From: Bacteroidota bacterium
GTDB lineage: Bacteria > Bacteroidota > Bacteroidia > JABEUT01
Reading direction: 5' to 3'
Length of the DNA stretch: 64,000 bases
Assembly: GCA_013288205.1 (NCBI GenBank)
Contig: JABDCH010000002.1
Span: forward strand, 1,213 to 65,212
Shown here piece by piece: positions 61,788-64,000 of the stretch (its first letter is position 1; the number at the start of each line of letters is the position of its first letter). A program made the translations under genes and the position numbers. The notes under the pieces are model-generated. The model was not told the origin of the DNA. It made no database searches and worked only from the letters and a program-made list of their open reading frames with translations.

Positions 61788-62540
61788 CTAAAAAAGGATT
61801 CCGATCATCAATTCAATACCTTTTATGTTGGCAGCATTGCTACCGGAACTATTCATATTGGTGAAGCAATTATTGTAGGTGAGGGATGCCTGCAGTGCTG
61901 TACTTCCGGCAATAGAATACTCGAATCCTCCGCCGATTACAAGTGAGCATCTGAAAAAATCGGTTTGATCATACACATTAACATCATTACCAGAATAGGG
62001 GCGCATGAATGTAGATACGGGGTAAGGCCCATTGGGTATAACGAGTGTATTGTAATTATCAGTTGCCTTTAATAAGAATCCAACTTCAAATCCTACTACA
62101 CCATAATAGCGTATTTTGCCAAAAGAATTTGTTTTCATTTTCAAGAGTAAAGGAAACTGAAGATATTGTAGCGATTCGTTATTGGTTGTTGTTGAATCAA
62201 TAGCATTTGGATTGGGATTCGGGACAGAATTAGCATATCTTGCACTGATAGTAGTAATTTCAAAGCCTGTCAGAAAGCCATAATTGCGGGTAAAGTAAAA
62301 TTCTAAATTAGCTCCGTAGCCATATCCTGCAAAAGCTCCTTTACCCATTCCGTTTGAGCTGTTGGGAATCACCCAATAAATACCCGGCGTAAAATTCAGC
62401 CCGAAGTGAAAATACCTGGAACCCCATGTATCCGGAATATTTGTTTCGCCCGGTGGTGGGGGAGGAGGCATAAATGCATTGTTTTGCGCAAACGCAGAAA
62501 ATGTCACAAAACTAAAAGCTATTAGCAGGATTGATTTCAT
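61788..62540 (-). CDS. Outer-membrane beta-barrel (porin-family) protein
   Basis: 250 aa. Signal peptide 'FSAFAQ', a polyproline run 'PPPPPPG', alternating strand pattern and a C-terminal 'MIGILF'. It lies 3 nt upstream of nadE on the same strand. Confidence 0.5.
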   Translation of the reverse strand: MKSILLIAFSFVTFSAFAQNNAFMPPPPPPGETNIPDTWGSRYFHFGLNFTPGIYWVIPNSSNGMGKGAFAGYGYGANLEFYFTRNYGFLTGFEITTISARYANSVPNPNPNAIDSTTTNNESLQYLQFPLLLKMKTNSFGKIRYYGVVGFEVGFLLKATDNYNTLVIPNGPYPVSTFMRPYSGNDVNVYDQTDFFRCSLVIGGGFEYSIAGSTALQASLTYNNCFTNMNSSGSNAANIKGIELMIGILF

Positions 62541-62550
62541 TGTGAATGTC

Positions 62551-62558
62551 TAAATTTG
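62551..62558 (+). promoter_or_regulatory. -7 box TAAATTTG for the 62595 gene
   Basis: TAnnTTTG match 36 nt upstream of ATG 62595. It forms the left arm of a 10-bp perfect inverted repeat. Confidence 0.4.
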
Positions 62559-62582
62559 CAGTGCATAATCCGTTTTGGTGTG

Positions 62583-62590
62583 CAAATTTA
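62583..62590 (-). promoter_or_regulatory. -7 box TAAATTTG (minus strand) for the OMP-nadE transcript
   Basis: Plus-strand CAAATTTA, 42 nt upstream of ATG 62540. It forms the right arm of the same inverted repeat. Confidence 0.4.
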
Positions 62591-62594
62591 GCAA

Positions 62595-62999
62595 ATGGTT
62601 CATTCATTAAAGAAAATACGAAGCCTGACCAAGGCTTTAAGGGGAGATAAAACAGAATATGCCCGGTTGATGAAGGAGTCTCCTGAATATGCTGCCATGG
62701 GCGCTGCCCTTGTTGGAAATACGGCTGCCACGCATTGGCTGCTGGCGCAGGATAATAAAACGTTTGCTGTTTTTGTAGATGCTGTAATAGGCAATAAAAC
62801 CGCGTTGCAACTGCTTATGAAGGAAAAGCAGTATGAATTGGCTGCTGTTTCGAATATGCTAAATGAGGATGAAGAAGCCCTTAAGTGGCTTGAAAAGCAC
62901 AAACTGAAAGATTATTTCGACTTTGCCATGGCTATTCAATATGCTATGGACAAAGAGGTAGAAAATGATTTGAGCGGATATTTTACCTTGTATGGATAG
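62595..62999 (+). CDS. Hypothetical protein with three ~24-aa helical repeats
   Basis: 134 aa. The repeats are 'TAATHWLLAQDNKTFAVFVDAV', 'KTALQLLMKEKQYELAAVSNML' and 'EEALKWLEKHKLKDYFDFAMAI'. I recognise no family. Confidence 0.4.
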   Translation: MVHSLKKIRSLTKALRGDKTEYARLMKESPEYAAMGAALVGNTAATHWLLAQDNKTFAVFVDAVIGNKTALQLLMKEKQYELAAVSNMLNEDEEALKWLEKHKLKDYFDFAMAIQYAMDKEVENDLSGYFTLYG

Positions 63000-63046
63000 G
63001 GAAAAATTGAAAGTTGACAATGGAGAATTGAAAGTATTTCCCTTCG

Positions 63047-64000
63047 TCAGGTCGTAACTTTTAATTTTTTAGCGGTAAATATCCTAACAGGATACCAGGA
63101 TGCTAAGAACCCTATAACCAGCACGCTGGCTAATATACCTGCATAATCAGAAGCCTGGAGAGAAACGGGGTAGGCATCTACTACAAAATTTCCGGTCATA
63201 GTTACCAGTTTAAATTTAATCTGGAGTACGCAGATGATCGTGCCCAATAGCAAACCTATGGCTGCCCCCAGCACAGTTATCAATATCCCTTCATACATGA
63301 AAATTTTTTGAATAGAGTTGATTTCGGCGCCCATGTTATGTAGTATGGAGATATCTTTTTGCTTGTCAATAATCAGCATAGAAAGTGAACCTACGATGTT
63401 AAAGGTGGCTATGATGAGGATAAAGACAAGGATGATAAAGGTCCATAGCTTTTCAGACTTCAGGGTTTTAAACAGCAATTCATTTTGTTCAAAACGGTCT
63501 TTCACGGCATAGTCAGTTCCCAATAAATCCTTGATTTGTTTTTTCACCAAATCTGAGGTTGCCGGGTTAGCAAGACCAATTTCTAAGGAAGTAACCGAGC
63601 TGTCGTGATAATCGAAAAGTTCCCTGGCAAAATCGAGCGAAACAATTACATAGCGGCTGTCAAAATCATCATTAATCGAAAAAATACCCGAACGGTAAAG
63701 GGGCAATTGGGTAATGGCATCTTCGGGGTTCAGCGAACTGTTTTCAAGCCCTCTTTTGAATGCATAACAAGATATGGGAGTGTAGCTCTGGTCAGATGAG
63801 TTGATACCAAGTTTATCGGCAACTCCTATACCAAATTCACCATAATAAGAATTATCATTCTTTAGATAATATTTGCCCTCCCTTATTAATGTATCGAAAT
63901 GGGTCATGGCTGCAAAGTTACTGCCTACGCCTTTTATAGTGGCCAATACTTGTTGGTCGCCATATTTTAAAAGCGCTTTGTCCTGCATGGTTTCATCTAC
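63047..64000 (-). CDS. FtsX-like ABC transporter permease (LolC/LolE-type), N-terminus outside window
   Basis: The frame stays open to the window edge. After a periplasmic domain come three C-terminal TM helices with 'IIATFNIVGSLSMLIIDKQKDISIL..MGA', the FtsX/MacB-type permease pattern. Confidence 0.75.
   Translation of the reverse strand, partial: VDETMQDKALLKYGDQQVLATIKGVGSNFAAMTHFDTLIREGKYYLKNDNSYYGEFGIGVADKLGINSSDQSYTPISCYAFKRGLENSSLNPEDAITQLPLYRSGIFSINDDFDSRYVIVSLDFARELFDYHDSSVTSLEIGLANPATSDLVKKQIKDLLGTDYAVKDRFEQNELLFKTLKSEKLWTFIILVFILIIATFNIVGSLSMLIIDKQKDISILHNMGAEINSIQKIFMYEGILITVLGAAIGLLLGTIICVLQIKFKLVTMTGNFVVDAYPVSLQASDYAGILASVLVIGFLASWYPVRIFTAKKLKVTT

Overview
This 64-kb window looks like core chromosome of a Bacteroidota bacterium, probably Chitinophagia/Sphingobacteriia-like. 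The evidence is gene content: a T9SS C-terminal sorting-domain cargo, GldD, DUF6089/DUF3078-type outer-membrane families, and TAnnTTTG -7 promoter boxes ahead of about 26 transcription units. I call 53 protein-coding genes (two cut by the window edges), two tandem tRNA-Leu genes (anticodons CAG and GAG), 7 intrinsic terminators, 26 candidate -7 boxes and several repeat or operator-like elements. Housekeeping genes dominate: purL, gap, folP, cdaA, dapA, lysC-lysA, nadE, lepB, tsaC, cca. Many envelope proteins are mixed in. I saw no transposase, integrase, phage gene, CRISPR array or recognisable defence gene, so I cannot point to a classical accessory island. All family calls come from motifs read by eye; no database search was run. 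The best candidates for something undescribed are: (1) three tandem, translationally linked TMTC-like GT-C/DUF1736/TPR membrane proteins beside an FkbM methyltransferase, a possible periplasmic protein O-glycosylation module; (2) a ~57-bp tandem repeat and hairpin array upstream of one of two tandem DUF6089 genes, which copies and can base-pair with that gene's own start-codon region; (3) an AGTATACT palindrome array shared by the hxlR/doxX divergent promoter and the yceI promoter, a predicted redox regulon; (4) an old tandem duplication of a CzcA/CusA-type RND permease behind a single adaptor and outer-membrane factor, next to a two-component system with 11-bp phased direct repeats in the promoter; (5) heptanucleotide-periodic simple sequence both inside a membrane-protein CDS and in the tRNA-Leu spacers.
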